Assembly: GCA_038087875.1 (NCBI GenBank)
Contig: CM075993.1
Span: 6,264,001-6,328,000, forward strand
DNA length: 64,000 bases
From: Malacoraja senta
Lineage: Eukaryota
Reading direction: 5' to 3'
The notes beneath the pieces were generated by a model. It saw only the letters and a list, made by a program, of their open reading frames with translations, was not told where the DNA came from and did no database searches. The stretch's first letter is position 1; every line of letters begins with the position of its first letter. Of this stretch, positions 1-11,990 are shown one piece after another. Position numbers and translations under genes: made by a program.

Positions 1-276
1 TGATGTGGAAACAAAGAACTGCAGACACTGGTTGATGCGCAAAAAGACACAAAGTGCTGGAGTAACTCAGTAGGTTAGGCAGCATCTGTGGAGAACATGG
101 ATGGGTGACGTTCCGGGTCGAGACCCTTCCTCAGGCTTTGGTGTAATGCCTAACGAGTCCGGTGGCCGTGAGGCCTCTGGTCCAAGCCTCTCCCACTAGT
201 AAAAACATTGTCTCCGCATCCCTCCACCTTCCGGAATAATCTCTGCTGTTGGGCTGTCCACCTGACAACACTTTTG

Positions 277-568
277 AGAGACACAAGCACGGTAACAGGC
301 CCTTCGGCCCACCGAGTCCACGCTGACCATCGATCACCCCAGTTCTACCTTATCCCACTCTCTCATCCACTCCCTGCTCACCAGGGCGACGTTACCTCAG
401 AGGGCCAATTAGCCTACGGACCCTCACGACTTTGGGATGTGGGGGGGAAACCGGAGCGCGGTCGTGGGGAGAGCATGCAGACTCCGCGCAGACAGCACCG
501 GACGTCAGGATCGAACCCGGGTCTCTGACGCTGTGATCCGGCGGCTCTCCTCGCAGCGCCACCGTGCC
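277..568 (-). mobile_element. HE1-type V-SINE (older copy)
   Basis: tRNA-like head, V domain and CR1-derived tail GGGCCGAAGGGCCTG. Confidence 0.75.
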
Positions 569-709
569 TGAAAACGTCCACCAGACGTTCATCGGCTTGC
601 CGGGATGTGGGCGGGGTAGTTAATAGCCATCACCACCAATGGTAGCAAATGAACGCCCAGTTGGCCCAACATTCCCAAGTGATTGAACCAGGTCCCCGGT
701 TTGTATAAG

Positions 710-1017
710 TTCATGGATTATAGAAGCAAAATTAGGCCATTCGGCCCATCAAGTCTACTCCGCCATTCAATCATGGCTATTCTATCTTTCCCTCTCGACC
801 CCATTCTCCTGCCTTCTTCCCATAACCCCTGACACCCGAACTAAACAAGATTCTCTCAATCTCCGCCTTAACTTGGCCTCCACAGCCTTCTGTGGCAATG
901 ATTTCCACAGATTCACCACCCTCTGACTAAAGAAATTCCTCCTCATCTCCTTTGTAAAGGTACGTGCCTTTATTCTGAGGTGGCCTCTGGCCCTAGACGC
1001 TCCCACTAGTGGAAACA
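710..1017 (-). mobile_element. CR1 LINE 3' fragment
   Basis: SRARGHLRIK..F..EMRRNFFSQRVVNLW plus CR1 3' UTR. Confidence 0.85.
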
Positions 1018-1039
1018 GTCTTGCCTTATTCGGTGAAGA

Positions 1040-1372
1040 GTTTAGTTTTAGTTTAGTTTACAGATACAGCGCGGAAACAGGCCCTTCGGCCCACCTCGTC
1101 TGCACTGCCCAGCGATCCCCAGTGGATCCCATTAACACTACCCTATGCACACTAGGGACAATCTTACATTGATACCAAGCCAATTAACCTACAAACCTGC
1201 ACGTCTTTGGAGTGTGGGAAGAAACCGAAGATCTCGGAGAAAACCCACGCAGGTCACGGGGAGATCGTTCAAACTCCGTACAGACAGCACCGGTAATCGG
1301 GATCGAACCCGGGTCTCTGTTGCTGTAAGCGCTGTAAGGCAGCAACTCTACCGCTGCGCCACTGTGGCGCCC
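1040..1372 (-). mobile_element. HE1-type V-SINE
   Basis: Head GTGGCGCAGCGGTAGAG..GGTTCGATCC, V domain GGAGTTTG.ACGTTCTCCCCGTG, tail (TAAAC)n. Confidence 0.88.
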
Positions 1373-1398
1373 TAACGAACTTCAGTTCCTATTGAGTG

Positions 1399-1720
1399 GG
1401 AAGGAACTGCAGATGCTGATTTAAACTGAAGATAGACACAAAAAGCTGGAGTAATTCAGCGGGACAGGCAGCATCTCTGGAGAAAAAAAGATGATTGACG
1501 ATTCGGGTCGAGACCCTTCTTCTGACTGGTTAGGGATAAGGGAAACGGGAGATATAGACGGCCATGTGGAGAGATAAAGAACAAGGAATGAAAGATATGC
1601 AAAAAAGTAACAATGAGAAAGGAAACAGGCCATTGTTAGCTTGTTCGCTGGGTGAGAATGAGAAGCTGGTGTGACTCGGGTGGGGGAGGGATGGAGAGAG
1701 AGGGAATGCCGGGGCTACCA
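1399..1720 (-). mobile_element. PLE 3' UTR/terminus fragment
   Basis: Closely matches 52748-53075 and the reverse complement of 20300-20560. Confidence 0.75.
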
Positions 1721-2030
1721 GTCATCCACCATGTGGATAGACTCGGATATTTTAAAATGTCCGCTGCCATCTTAGCGTCCTTTTTCCACTCCGCAGAACA
1801 GCCCCATGTTCTCCGGAGACCACATTGCACAGCGCTGTTCCATCTGCACGGCTGACTGGAGCAGTCATATCCTATGCCCCTCAAACGCCCTGAAGCACTC
1901 AGCGTGCTTAACACGTCCACGGACACAGGGCGCGCACTTCACTTGCAGGTGCGTGGAGATCGCTTTCTTCAATGGTTTCCAGAGCTGCTCGTGAGCGAAA
2001 TAGCGATGTTGACCCAGTCGATCTTAACCG

Positions 2031-2065
2031 GGTCTGAAGAAGGGTCTCGACCCGAAACGTCAGCC
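2031..2065 (+). ncRNA. Minimal type I hammerhead ribozyme motif (PLE terminus)
   Basis: CUGAAGA-A-GGGU(CUCG)ACCC-GAAAC-GUC. Confidence 0.65.
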
Positions 2066-2124
2066 ATTCCTTCTCTCCAGAGATGCTGCCTGTCCCGCTG
2101 AGTTACTCCAGCTTTTTAGGTCTA

Positions 2125-2685
2125 TCTTGAGTCCTAATTTGAGGAAGGACACCTAATTTGTGGAAGGACATTCTTGCTATTGAGGGAGTGCAGCGTAGGT
2201 TTACAAGGTTAATTCCCGGGATGGCGGGACTGTCATATGCTGAGAGAATGGAGCGGCTGGGCTTGTACACTCTGGAGTTTAGAAGGATGAGAGGGAATCT
2301 TATTGAAACATATAAGATTGTTAAGGGTTTGGACACGCTAGAGGCAGGAAACATGTTCCCGATGTTGGGGGAATCCAGAACCAGGGGCCACAGTTTAAGA
2401 ATAAGGGGTAAGCCATTTAGAACGGAGACGAGGAAACACTTTTTCTCACTGAGAGTGGTGAGTCTGTGGAATTCTCTGCCTCGGAGGGTGGTGGAGGCAG
2501 GTTCTCTGGATACTTTCAAGAGAGAGCTAGATAGGGCTCTTAAAGATAGCGGAGTCAGGGGATATGGGGAGAAGGCAGGAACGGGGTACTGATTGGGGAT
2601 GATCAGCCATGATCACATTGAATGGTGGTGCTGGCTCGAAGGGCCGAATGGCCTACTCCTGCACCTATTGTCTATTGTCTATTGT
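2125..2685 (+). mobile_element. CR1 LINE 3' fragment, (CTATTGT)n tail
   Basis: KDILAIEGVQRRFTRLIPGMAGLSY...RVVSLWNSLP...GEKAGTGY. Confidence 0.92.
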
Positions 2686-3198
2686 TCTTAACATTTGCAG
2701 CCATTCCACCAGCTTCAAATTGAATCGAGTTGTGTTTAGTTTATTGTCACGTGTACTGAGGTACAGTGATAAGCGTTTGTTCCGTTTCAATTAAGTTTAG
2801 TTCAGAGAGACCCCGCGTAAACCTTTGGCCCACCGAGTCCGCACCGACAAGCGATCCCCGTACACTAATACTGTCCTACACACACACTGGGGATAATTTA
2901 AAATTATACCAAGCCAATTAACCGACAAAGCTGTGTGTCTTTGGAGCGTGGGAGGAAACAGAAGATCCCGGAGGGAACCCACGCAGGTCACGGGGAGAAC
3001 GTGCAAACTCCGTACAGACAGCACAAGTGTGGGTATTCTCCAGTTTCCTCCCACATTCTCCCAGCCCCAAAATGTTGACTGATTCTCTTTCCACAGATGC
3101 TGACCGGCCTGCAGAGTTTTCCAACTTTCTTGTTTTATAATTTCAGGTTTATTTGTCTCGTGTACAGAGGAAGGGCTTGCAGAGAATTGATGGAGTTA

Positions 3199-3789
3199 AG
3201 CCCCTGTCCCACTTTCACGACCTAATTCACGACCTCTGCTGAGTTTGCCCTTGACTCATACTCGCAGCGTGGTCGCCACGAGGCCGTAGGAGGTCTTCGT
3301 AACTCTTCCTCGTGCTCGTGAGTGGTCTCAGCGTACTTGTGGCCTCAAGTAGGTTGCGCCGGTTTTTTCCCAGCCTGATAAAAAATGTCCACGAGTTAAA
3401 AAAAAGGTTGGCATGGAAAAAATGGACAATTTTTACTCGTAGGTAGGTCGTGATGGTAGTCGGAGGTAGTCGTAGGTAGTCGGAGGTAGTCGTGATGGTA
3501 GTCGAAGGTCAGTAACTGGCCCGAGAAAAAAAAATCCAAACATGACATCATTTGATCATGTGATCATTTTCCACTCGTAGCTAGTCGTAGTTGGTCTTAG
3601 GCGTGGAAGACTGAGGTCGAGGGGGGTCATAGAAGGTCGTAGCCATAGTCGTAGGAGGTCGTAGACATAGTCGTAGGAGGTCGTAGGAAGTCTTTTACTT
3701 CAACGAGTCAACACGACCGTGACATTTTTATCAACTCGTCTAGGTTCTTCTAAACTCGTGGATTAGGTCGTCCAAGTGGGACAGGCCCT
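3199..3789. mobile_element. PIF/Harbinger-type MITE, family A (internal GTCGTAGG repeats)
   Basis: TIR AGCCCCTGTCCCACTT / AAGTGGGACAGGCCCT; TTA on both sides. Confidence 0.8.
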
Positions 3790-3819
3790 TTAGTCTGTCT
3801 AAAATTGATGGGATTAAAG

Positions 3820-4162
3820 AGTCATACAGTGTGGAAACAGGCCCTTCGGCCCAACATGCCCACACCAACCAACATGACCCATCCACCTCCCTGCGTTTGG
3901 CCCACATCCCTCTAAACCTGTCCTATCCATGCATCATTGTCTGATAGCTTCTTAAACATTGTGATAGGCCCAGCCCCAACTACCTCCTCCTGCATCTCGT
4001 TCCACACACCCGCCACCCTTGGTGTGAAGACGTTACCCCTCAGATTCTTGTAAAATCTTTCCTCCTTCACCTTTAACCTATGCCCTCTGGTTCTCGATTC
4101 CCCTATTCTTGGCAAGGGACTCTGTGCGTCTGCCCGATCTATTCCTCTCACGATTTTATACA
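3820..4162 (-). mobile_element. CR1 LINE 3' fragment (older subfamily)
   Basis: YKIVRGIDR..SRTRGHRLKVK..FTPRVAGVWN. Confidence 0.85.
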
Positions 4163-4409
4163 CGGTACAAAACACAGGATTAGCCATTAACTGCTTGAGA
4201 ATGGCTCTGCTGAACACAGTGACAAAGAACAGCTTGTGGACACAAACTTACAACTGATAAGAAACTAGACAGTACTGTGAACAATACTCCCTTCTGTGGT
4301 ACGAAGGTTCTATAAATATCCTGGTCACCCTATATAGATAAGGAAGCCTGTTTTTCAGTGGTGTGTTCTGTGTGAAAGTTGTCAGTTGAATGGCCAGTGT
4401 CTTTTGTTG

Positions 4410-4856
4410 TTTAGCTTAGTTTAGAGATACAGCGCAGAAACAGATCCTTCGGCCCACTGAGTCCGTGCCGACCAGCGATCCCCGCACACTTACACTGTGC
4501 TACACACACACGCACACTAGGGACAATTTACAATGATGCCAAGCCAATTAACCTACAAACCTGTACGTCTTTGGAGTGTGGGAGGAAACCAGAGCACTTA
4601 TAACCAGTTTGATCCCCACTACGGGTGCTGTCTGTACGGAGTTTGTACGCTCTCCCCGTGACCCGCGTGGGTTTTCTCCGAGATCTTCGGTTTCCTCCCA
4701 CACTCCAAAGACGTGCAGGTTTGTAGGTTAATTGGCTACAATATGTATATTGTGCCTAGAGTGTGTAGGCTTGTGTTAGTGTGCGGGGATCACTGGTTGG
4801 TGCGGTCTAGATGGGCCGAAGGGCCTGTTTCCGCGCTGTATCTCTAAACTAAACTA
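4410..4856. mobile_element. Two HE1-type SINE pieces in opposite orientation
   Basis: A minus-strand tail half (4410-4597) abuts a plus-strand copy (4606-4856). Confidence 0.8.
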
Positions 4857-6469
4857 CAAAATGAAATTCTGTGTCTATCTTTGGTGTAATCCTGCATCTG
4901 CAGTTCCTTCCTAAACTAATACATCCATCTAATCCTCACCTCCAGCTACATCTGACGTTTCCCATTTCTCACAAGCCTTTGACATCTTTGCAACTCACCG
5001 GCCTTTCATTTACGTTCCATCTCTCGGGGATTTTTTTCGAAGCTGCGTTGCTAATTCTGACCCAACTGCACGCATCGCATCGCTACTTAATGCAGTCGCC
5101 TCCCTGAATCTAGCATCCCTGTGAAAGTGTGAATGCGTTTTTCCACCTTAAGTGCACTTAGAAATTCTCACAGTTATCAGCGCTATAGTGCACTTCAGCA
5201 AAGCAGGGCCAAAGGCAAAGAGAGTCATAAAAGTCAACTCCGCACACATACACTGACTAAAAAGTGTCCTGGAAGTGCCTTTCATGGAAGTGCATGGGAT
5301 AGAGAGAATTTTCAGACAACGTTTGATTCTTAGCAAGAGGGGAGTTACTTGGGCAATAGACCAAAAGTTTAGTAAGAAACAATAATATATTTATGTATGT
5401 ATTGTTAGATCTATGTACCACTGTTTGTACACATTAGTACTTGCACTTTGGTCAACGAGAGTTGTTTTTAAAGGTGCTATAGAAATAAAATTGACTTGAC
5501 TTGAATAGACTAAGATGCATTGAAAAGAGGGGGGAAAGTGGGGGTGGGAGGTGAAGAGGGGGAGGGGGAGAAAGAGGGATGGGGGGAGAGAGAGAAAGTG
5601 TCTGAAGAAGGGTCTTGACACTTCCTTCTCTCCAGAGATGCTGCCTGTCCCGCTGAGTTGCTCCAGCTTTTTGTGTCTATCTTTGGTTTAAACCACATCT
5701 GCAGTTCCTGCCTGCAAAGATGACTGTGAAATGACACTTTTGTGGTAAAAATACCCCCGTTTTGCTACAAGGAGGGAAACTCACCCGATCTGGGCTCTTT
5801 GTGACACCAGTTCTTCCCCATTTTTCGTTTGCCCATTAAATCTTCAAAAGCCTCGGCAAGCCAAAAGTCTTCGAGGCAATGACTGGGAAGGTCAACACAA
5901 TGTCTAACCAACCTATTCGTCGGCTTCTGATCAAATGGGTCGGCCGGTTAGCAAGAGGACAGCGTGACCCTCTGAACGGTGAAACGCTGACTAAACCCTT
6001 TGCAGATTGCAAGTTAGAGGGCCCGGAAGCCCTTGGCCGATGACACAGCAACAATTGCTGGAACTCGGAGCAAAACGGCCAATTAAGGAGCAGCTCCAAA
6101 CCCCTTGACGTCCCCAGTCTCCGGCATCTCATTGGAGGTCAGAACGAGCCACCATCTGGGGACAGCTGAAACCATTAAGTGCAGGTACATTTAATTCAGG
6201 GTGAGGGAAGGCCAAGAATGACAAGTTGAGTTATTGTAGTGCTGTTGCTGGCCAGGTGGAGTGGAAGAATGGTTAGATCACTGACTGAGTATCTCCGAGC
6301 CTAGACTATTGATCTTGAGGCACAAGGGTAAACCATGGCTGTGGAATAGAAACTATGGAAGGGATGGTACCCCGATGGTTAATATTTACAATGGTCGATC
6401 TTCAATGTTTTAGTTCAGTTCAGTTTAGTTTATTGTCACGTGTACAGTGAAAAGCTTTTGTTGCATGCT

Positions 6470-6985
6470 AACCAGTTCACCTGCACCTCCTCCAACCTCA
6501 TCTATTGCATCCGCAGCTGTAGATGTCAGCTGATCTACATCGGTGAGACCAAGCGTAGGCTTGGTGATCGCTTCGCCCAACACCTCCGCTCGGTTCGCAA
6601 TAACCAACCTGATCTCCCGGCGGCTCAGCACTTCAACTCCCCCTCCCATTCCGAATCCGACCTTTCTGTCCTGGGGCCTCCTCCGTGGCCAGAGTGAGTC
6701 CCAACATAAATTGGAGGAGCAGCACCTCATATTTCACTTGGGCCGTTTACACCCCAGCGGTATGAACATTGACTTCTCTAATTTCAGGTAGTCCTTGCTT
6801 TCTCCTCCCCTTCTCAGCTCTCCCTCAGCCCACTGGCTCTTCCTCCTCTTCCTTTCTTCTTCCCATCCCCCCCCCCCCCACCCTCACATCAGTCTGAAGA
6901 AGGGTTTCGGCCCGAAACGTTGCCTATTTCCTTCGCTCCATAGATGCTGCCTCACCCGCTGAGTTTCTCCAACATTTTTGTCTCC
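6470..6985 (+). mobile_element. PLE 3' fragment (GIY-YIG end, UTR, HHR)
   Basis: FTCTSSNLIYCIRSCRCQLIYIGETKRRLGDRFAQHLRSV matches the C-terminus of the 33998 ORF; frameshifted. Confidence 0.9.
6891..6925 (+). ncRNA. Minimal type I hammerhead ribozyme motif
   Basis: CUGAAGA-A-GGGU(UUCG)GCCC-GAAAC-GUU. Confidence 0.65.
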
Positions 6986-7823
6986 CAGCGGAAAGACAAT
7001 ACATGATTACAATCGAGCCATTTACAGTGCATAGATACAGATTTATGAGTATGGAGCGATTGTAAGATGTGATTGTAGATTTGCTTCTGTGGCGAGCATG
7101 CAAGCAGTTGCCTGAGTTTAGTTTAACTACAGCGCGGAAACAGGCCCTTTCCGCCCACCGAATCCGTGCCGACCAGTGTCTTGTCTCCGGGCGCTCCAGT
7201 TTCCTCCCACGCTCCAAACACATCCAGCTTTGCAGGTTAATTGGCTTGGGTAACTTGCCCCTAGCGTGTAGGATGCTAAACTCGGATAACATGGAACTAA
7301 TGTAGGTCAGTGCGCACTCAATGGGCCGAATAGCCTGTTTCCATGCTGTATCTCTAAATTAATACTAAACTAAAACTAAACTAGGCAATACTGCTCCTAA
7401 TTGCACAGTGGTGCAGCTGTTGCCTCACAGCGCCAGAAACATGGGTTCAATCCTGACCTCGGACGTGATGTTTTCACGTTCTCCCTGTGACCACGGGGGT
7501 TTCCTCCAGGAGCTCCGGTTTCCACCCACATCTCATAGACGTGCGGGTTTGTCGGTTAATTGGTTTGTGAATTGCCCCAGGGAGCAGATGGGAAAGTAGG
7601 ATAATGTAGTACTTTGTCGCCACTCTTTACGTGGTGACTATTTGCATACCTTGTATACGCAAACAAAGAATTTTGCTGTGACTTGTGACAATAAAATATT
7701 AATTCATCATTACATGTTTGCATCCTAGTCAGAGTCAATGGCTTGTGGCAAATTCTAGTCAGTAGCCAGTTTCTTTCCCTCTCCATGAACACACCCTGAC
7801 TTGTGATCCACATTGCACTCTTA

Positions 7824-8459
7824 AGGGCCTGTCCCTTGTCATTTGCGCCTCATTTACGTAAAATAGGTCGACGCGACGTTGCGCGCAAATCACGCGTCAT
7901 CATGCCGTCTGTTGCGCGTGATGTCATTAGAATACCTTGAAGCGTGCGGCGACGCATGGTTACGCACGGTGATGTAACCATGCGTCACCACGCGACACAC
8001 GTGAGACATCAGGACGCCAGCGTGCAACGCCAATGCGTCAGCGTGTGTACGCAATCCGTCACGCAGGTGGCGCGCGAGGATTTCGTGCAGCACAAAATTC
8101 TGGAGCGCCGCGCGATACCGCGTGCAACTCCACACTCCTCCGCGCCTCTCCATGCGCCCGTCCCACGCTACCCACGCTCTCTCCTCAAATTGTGTTTCTT
8201 ATTTTCTTTTGGTGCTTTTGAAATTGAATTCTGTCCTTGATTTGTGTACTGTGGTGTTTTCTTATTTAATTTATTCCGATTATGTGTTTTCTGTTTTTTT
8301 GTGATTCTATGCATTGTAAGGTGTCCTTGGGTTTTAGAAAGGCGCCAGTAAATAAAATGATTATTATTATTATTATTACCCGTGCGTCACAACGCAGCAG
8401 CCACATTTTTGGAGGTTGCGTAAATGGCGCACAAATGACGGCCAAGTGGGACAGGCCCT
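7824..8459. mobile_element. Harbinger-type MITE family B (CGCG-rich), containing an L2-like LINE tail (~8175-8378)
   Basis: TIRs AGGGCCTGTCCC / GGGACAGGCCCT. The inserted tail ends GAAAGGCGCC..AATAAA(ATT)n. Confidence 0.78.
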
Positions 8460-9438
8460 TAACTCTACCCTTTAACTGCCTTTTAAAAACCCTCCGCACC
8501 CCCCCCCCCTCCCCCCCCAGCAACAGATCCGGGCTCTTTGTGATACCAGTTCTTCCCCATTTTTTGTTTGTCCATTAAATCTTTAAAAAGCCTCAACATG
8601 CCACCATGGCCACGGTGGCGCAGCGGTGGAGTCGCTGCCTTACAGCGCTTGCGTCGCTGGAGACCCGGGTTCGATCCCGACAATGGGTGCTGTCTGTACG
8701 AAGTTTGTACCATGGCCGCCTGGGTTGTCTCCGAGATCTTTGGTGCGGGGGTCGCTGGTCGGCGCAGACTCGGTGGGCCGAGGGGCCTGTTTCCGCGCTG
8801 TATCTCTAAACTAAACTAGACTAAGCCAAAAGGCTTCGAGGCAATGACTGGGGAGGTGAATACTTTCCCATCCAGTGAATAAATTGAGAAAAAGTAAGCG
8901 GAGGAATTTATGCATATTGCTACTGAGAGCCTGCGGATGTTTGGACCGGGAGCTGGAATATTGGGAGTGGGGAGTACGTGGGAACTCTGTGGGTTTTGAC
9001 ACAAGACTACAGACCCGACACCACATGAACCGTTAATCGTTCCAACATGACTTCATTCACTACTGGCAGTGATTATGTAGTTTGTACAAACTTGATCTGC
9101 ATTTAAACAATCTTAACTCTGGCATACACTGGCAAAAAGCCAGAGTAACTCAGCGGGTCAGGCAGCATCTCTGGAGAAAAGGTTTATAGGGTCACAAGCG
9201 AAAGGAGCTGAATTAGGCCATTCGGCCCATCAAGTTTACCCCGTCATTCAATCATGTCTGATCTATCTCTCCCTCCTAACCCCATTCTCCTGCTTTCTCC
9301 CCATAACCCCTGACACCCGTACCAAGCAAGAATCTAGCAATCTGCTTTAAAAATATCCATGGACTTGGCCTCCACACAGTCTTCTGTGAGAAAAGGAATT
9401 AGTGAGGATTTGGGTCGATTTATCTCTAAACTAAAAAT

Positions 9439-9670
9439 TGTAATGTTTGGTGGACTGTGTGGGATGGGAGGACCCGTTGCTCCTCCCGTGCAGCAGGTGG
9501 CGCTGCACAGGACAAGGGAGATGTTTTGTATATAGTTTATCCTATCTGTAGTGTGTGAGGGTGCAGCCATTTTGACTTGTCTTGCTGCCAGCATTGAGTA
9601 AAGCATTAAAGACATCTGTTGTAAATTAAAGACTCTCAAGTTTTGTGCCGACCTAGAAAACGAACACGAA
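9439..9670 (+). mobile_element. Probable solo LTR (copy 1)
   Basis: Starts TGT and has TATATA and ATTAAA. It aligns over ~230 bp with the reverse complement of 60330-60547. The 3' end and TSD are not resolved. Confidence 0.55.
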
Positions 9671-10199
9671 AAAACTAAACTAAGTTCTTGTCTACTGCCT
9701 CAGTGTAATCTACTCGCATCTCGGGAGAGAAGGAATAGGTGACGTTTCGGGTCAAGGCCCTTCTTCAGACTGAGAGTCAGGGGAAAGAAAAATTAGAGAT
9801 GCAGACAGTGATATAGAAAGATATATACATCTCGTTTCCCTTCCCCCTCAGTCTGAAGAAAGGTCTCGACCCAAAACGTCACCTATTCCTTCTCTCCAGA
9901 GATGCTGTCTGACCCGCTGAGTTACTCTAGGTTTTTGTGTCTATATTTGATTTAAACCAGCATCTGCAGTTCCTTCCTACACATTAACTCGGGCAGATTG
10001 GTTCCTTTTCCATCCCGATTGCATCTTATGTCATAAATGGAAAGCATTCCCAGAAAGCGACGGATTCTTTTTCCTTAATCATTTGGTTCCCATGGTTTTG
10101 AACTACCCAAGGCAGGAAATTCCATAAACGAGGAATGTTATTCACTGCTGCCACCGCAGTGAACTCTGTCAGTGATACATGTTCAGTCTGTCAGCTTTC

Positions 10200-10525
10200 T
10201 TAGTTTAGTTTAGTTTAGATTAGAGATACAGCGCGAAAACAGGCCCTTCGGCCCACCGAGTCCGCGCCGACCATCGATCCCCGCACACTAACACTATCCT
10301 ATACACACTAGGGGCAATTTACATTTACACCAAGCCAATTAACCTGCAAACCTGTACGTCTTTAGAGTGTGGGAGGAAACCGAAGATCTTGGAGAAATCC
10401 CATGAGGTCACAGGGAGAACGTACAAACTCCGTACAGACAAGCACCCGTAGTCGGGATTGAACCCGGTTCTCTGGCGCTGCAAGCGCTGTAAGACAGCAA
10501 CTCTACCGCAGCGCCACCATGCCAC
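10200..10525 (-). mobile_element. HE1-type V-SINE
   Basis: Full head, V domain and tail. Confidence 0.88.
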
Positions 10526-11259
10526 CCCTGCTGAGATCACTGATGCTTTTTGGGATTCCTTTTAGCAGAACCTAAAGACAAACAAATCTTTTGTGTGTAA
10601 AAAGGCGATGCAGATGCTGGTTTATACCAAAGAGAGACATAAAGTGCTGGGGTAACTCAGCGGGTCAGGCAGCATCGCTGTTGTGGAAGGATGGGTGACG
10701 TTTTGGGTCGGGACCCTTCTTTGTCATCCATCCTTTATCTCCAGAGATGCTGCCTGACCCACTGAGTTACTCCAGCATTTTGTGTCAAGACTTAGTTAAC
10801 ATTGGAGATACGATGGACTGTCGATGCCAGTTAACAAACCAAATGACACAAAGTGCTGGAGTACAAACAAACCTCACATTTCACCTCATGTTGCCGCTGG
10901 GACCAGTAGTTTTTTAAATCGTAATGCAAAGGATAGTGCAATGTTAGAGCAATATTTCAAACATTAGCCCCAAACTCCTCAGGATAGAAGTGGTCATATG
11001 TCTTAGGCTGAAGACAGACACAAAAAGCTGGAATAACTCAGCGGGACAGGCAGCATCTCTGGACAGAAGGAATGGGTGACGTTTCGGGTCAAGACCCTTC
11101 TTCAGTCTTGACCCAAAACGTCATCCATTCCTTCTATGTAGAGATGCTGCCTGTCCCATTGAGTTAGTCCAGCTTTTTGTGTCTAAGGTGCAAACCAGCA
11201 TCTGCAGTTCCTTTCTACACATATGTCTGAGGCTTCTCAGCCTAAGATTTAGTTATTTT

Positions 11260-11578
11260 AGACACAAAATGCTGGAGTAACACAGCAGGACAGGCAGCAT
11301 CTCTGGAGGGAAGGAATGGGTGACGTTTCCGGTCGAGACCCTTCTTCAGACTAAGCATCAGTAAGGAGGGAGTTACAGAGATAAGGAAGTGTAAGAGATC
11401 AAAAGAGATGAGGCTCAAGGAAACTGTTCAATAGACCATTGTTAGCTCAGAGAAGGTGACAACAAATTAAACAAAGATACAATGTTATCAGGGGGTCAGT
11501 CAGACTGGTCGGAGAACTGGGAATGGGGAGGGTTGGAGAGAGAGGGAAAGCAAGTGTTACTTACTGGAAGGTAGAGAA
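11260..11578 (-). mobile_element. PLE terminus/UTR fragment
   Basis: Reverse HHR motif GACGTTTC..GACCCTTCTTCAG, and UTR similar to 17340-17560. Confidence 0.7.
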
Positions 11579-11990
11579 CAAAAATCCTATAGCGGAGCAA
11601 GATAGACCACTCCTGCTAAATGCAATGGGCTGACGTGTAGTACGCAACGGAACGGATCGTGGGCCTTTTTTTCATCCATTTCCGTAACCCGACCCGACCC
11701 GACCCGACCCGCAGTGTAATCTACGTTGCGGGGGAACAGTTTGTGTTAATAAATTATAATTCTGAAAACGAGGAGAAGATTTTTACCAAATAACTTTTAT
11801 TTTTACGAGGATGTTTCCGTAACCGGCTTCCGTCTCCGCACTAGTATCTTTGCTCCGCTATGACGGGATCTTTGGTGCGGAGCCGGAAGCCGGTTACGGA
11901 AATGGGGCCGAAAGTGACCCGTGAATCTGCCCATGACCGTACTACGTCTTTTTCGTCGAGTGGACGATCTTGCTCTCTCTAGGGTCTTTG
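11579..11990. mobile_element. hAT-type MITE (copy 1)
   Basis: TIR CAAA(G/A)ATCCTATAGCGGAGCAAGAT and (GACCC)n subterminal repeats; homologous to 46026-46409. Confidence 0.78.

Noticed and set aside
2158..2592. Recurrent 100-165 aa ORFs ending GEKAGTGY as a gene family
   Set aside because: They are C-termini of CR1 ORF2 in 5'-truncated copies.
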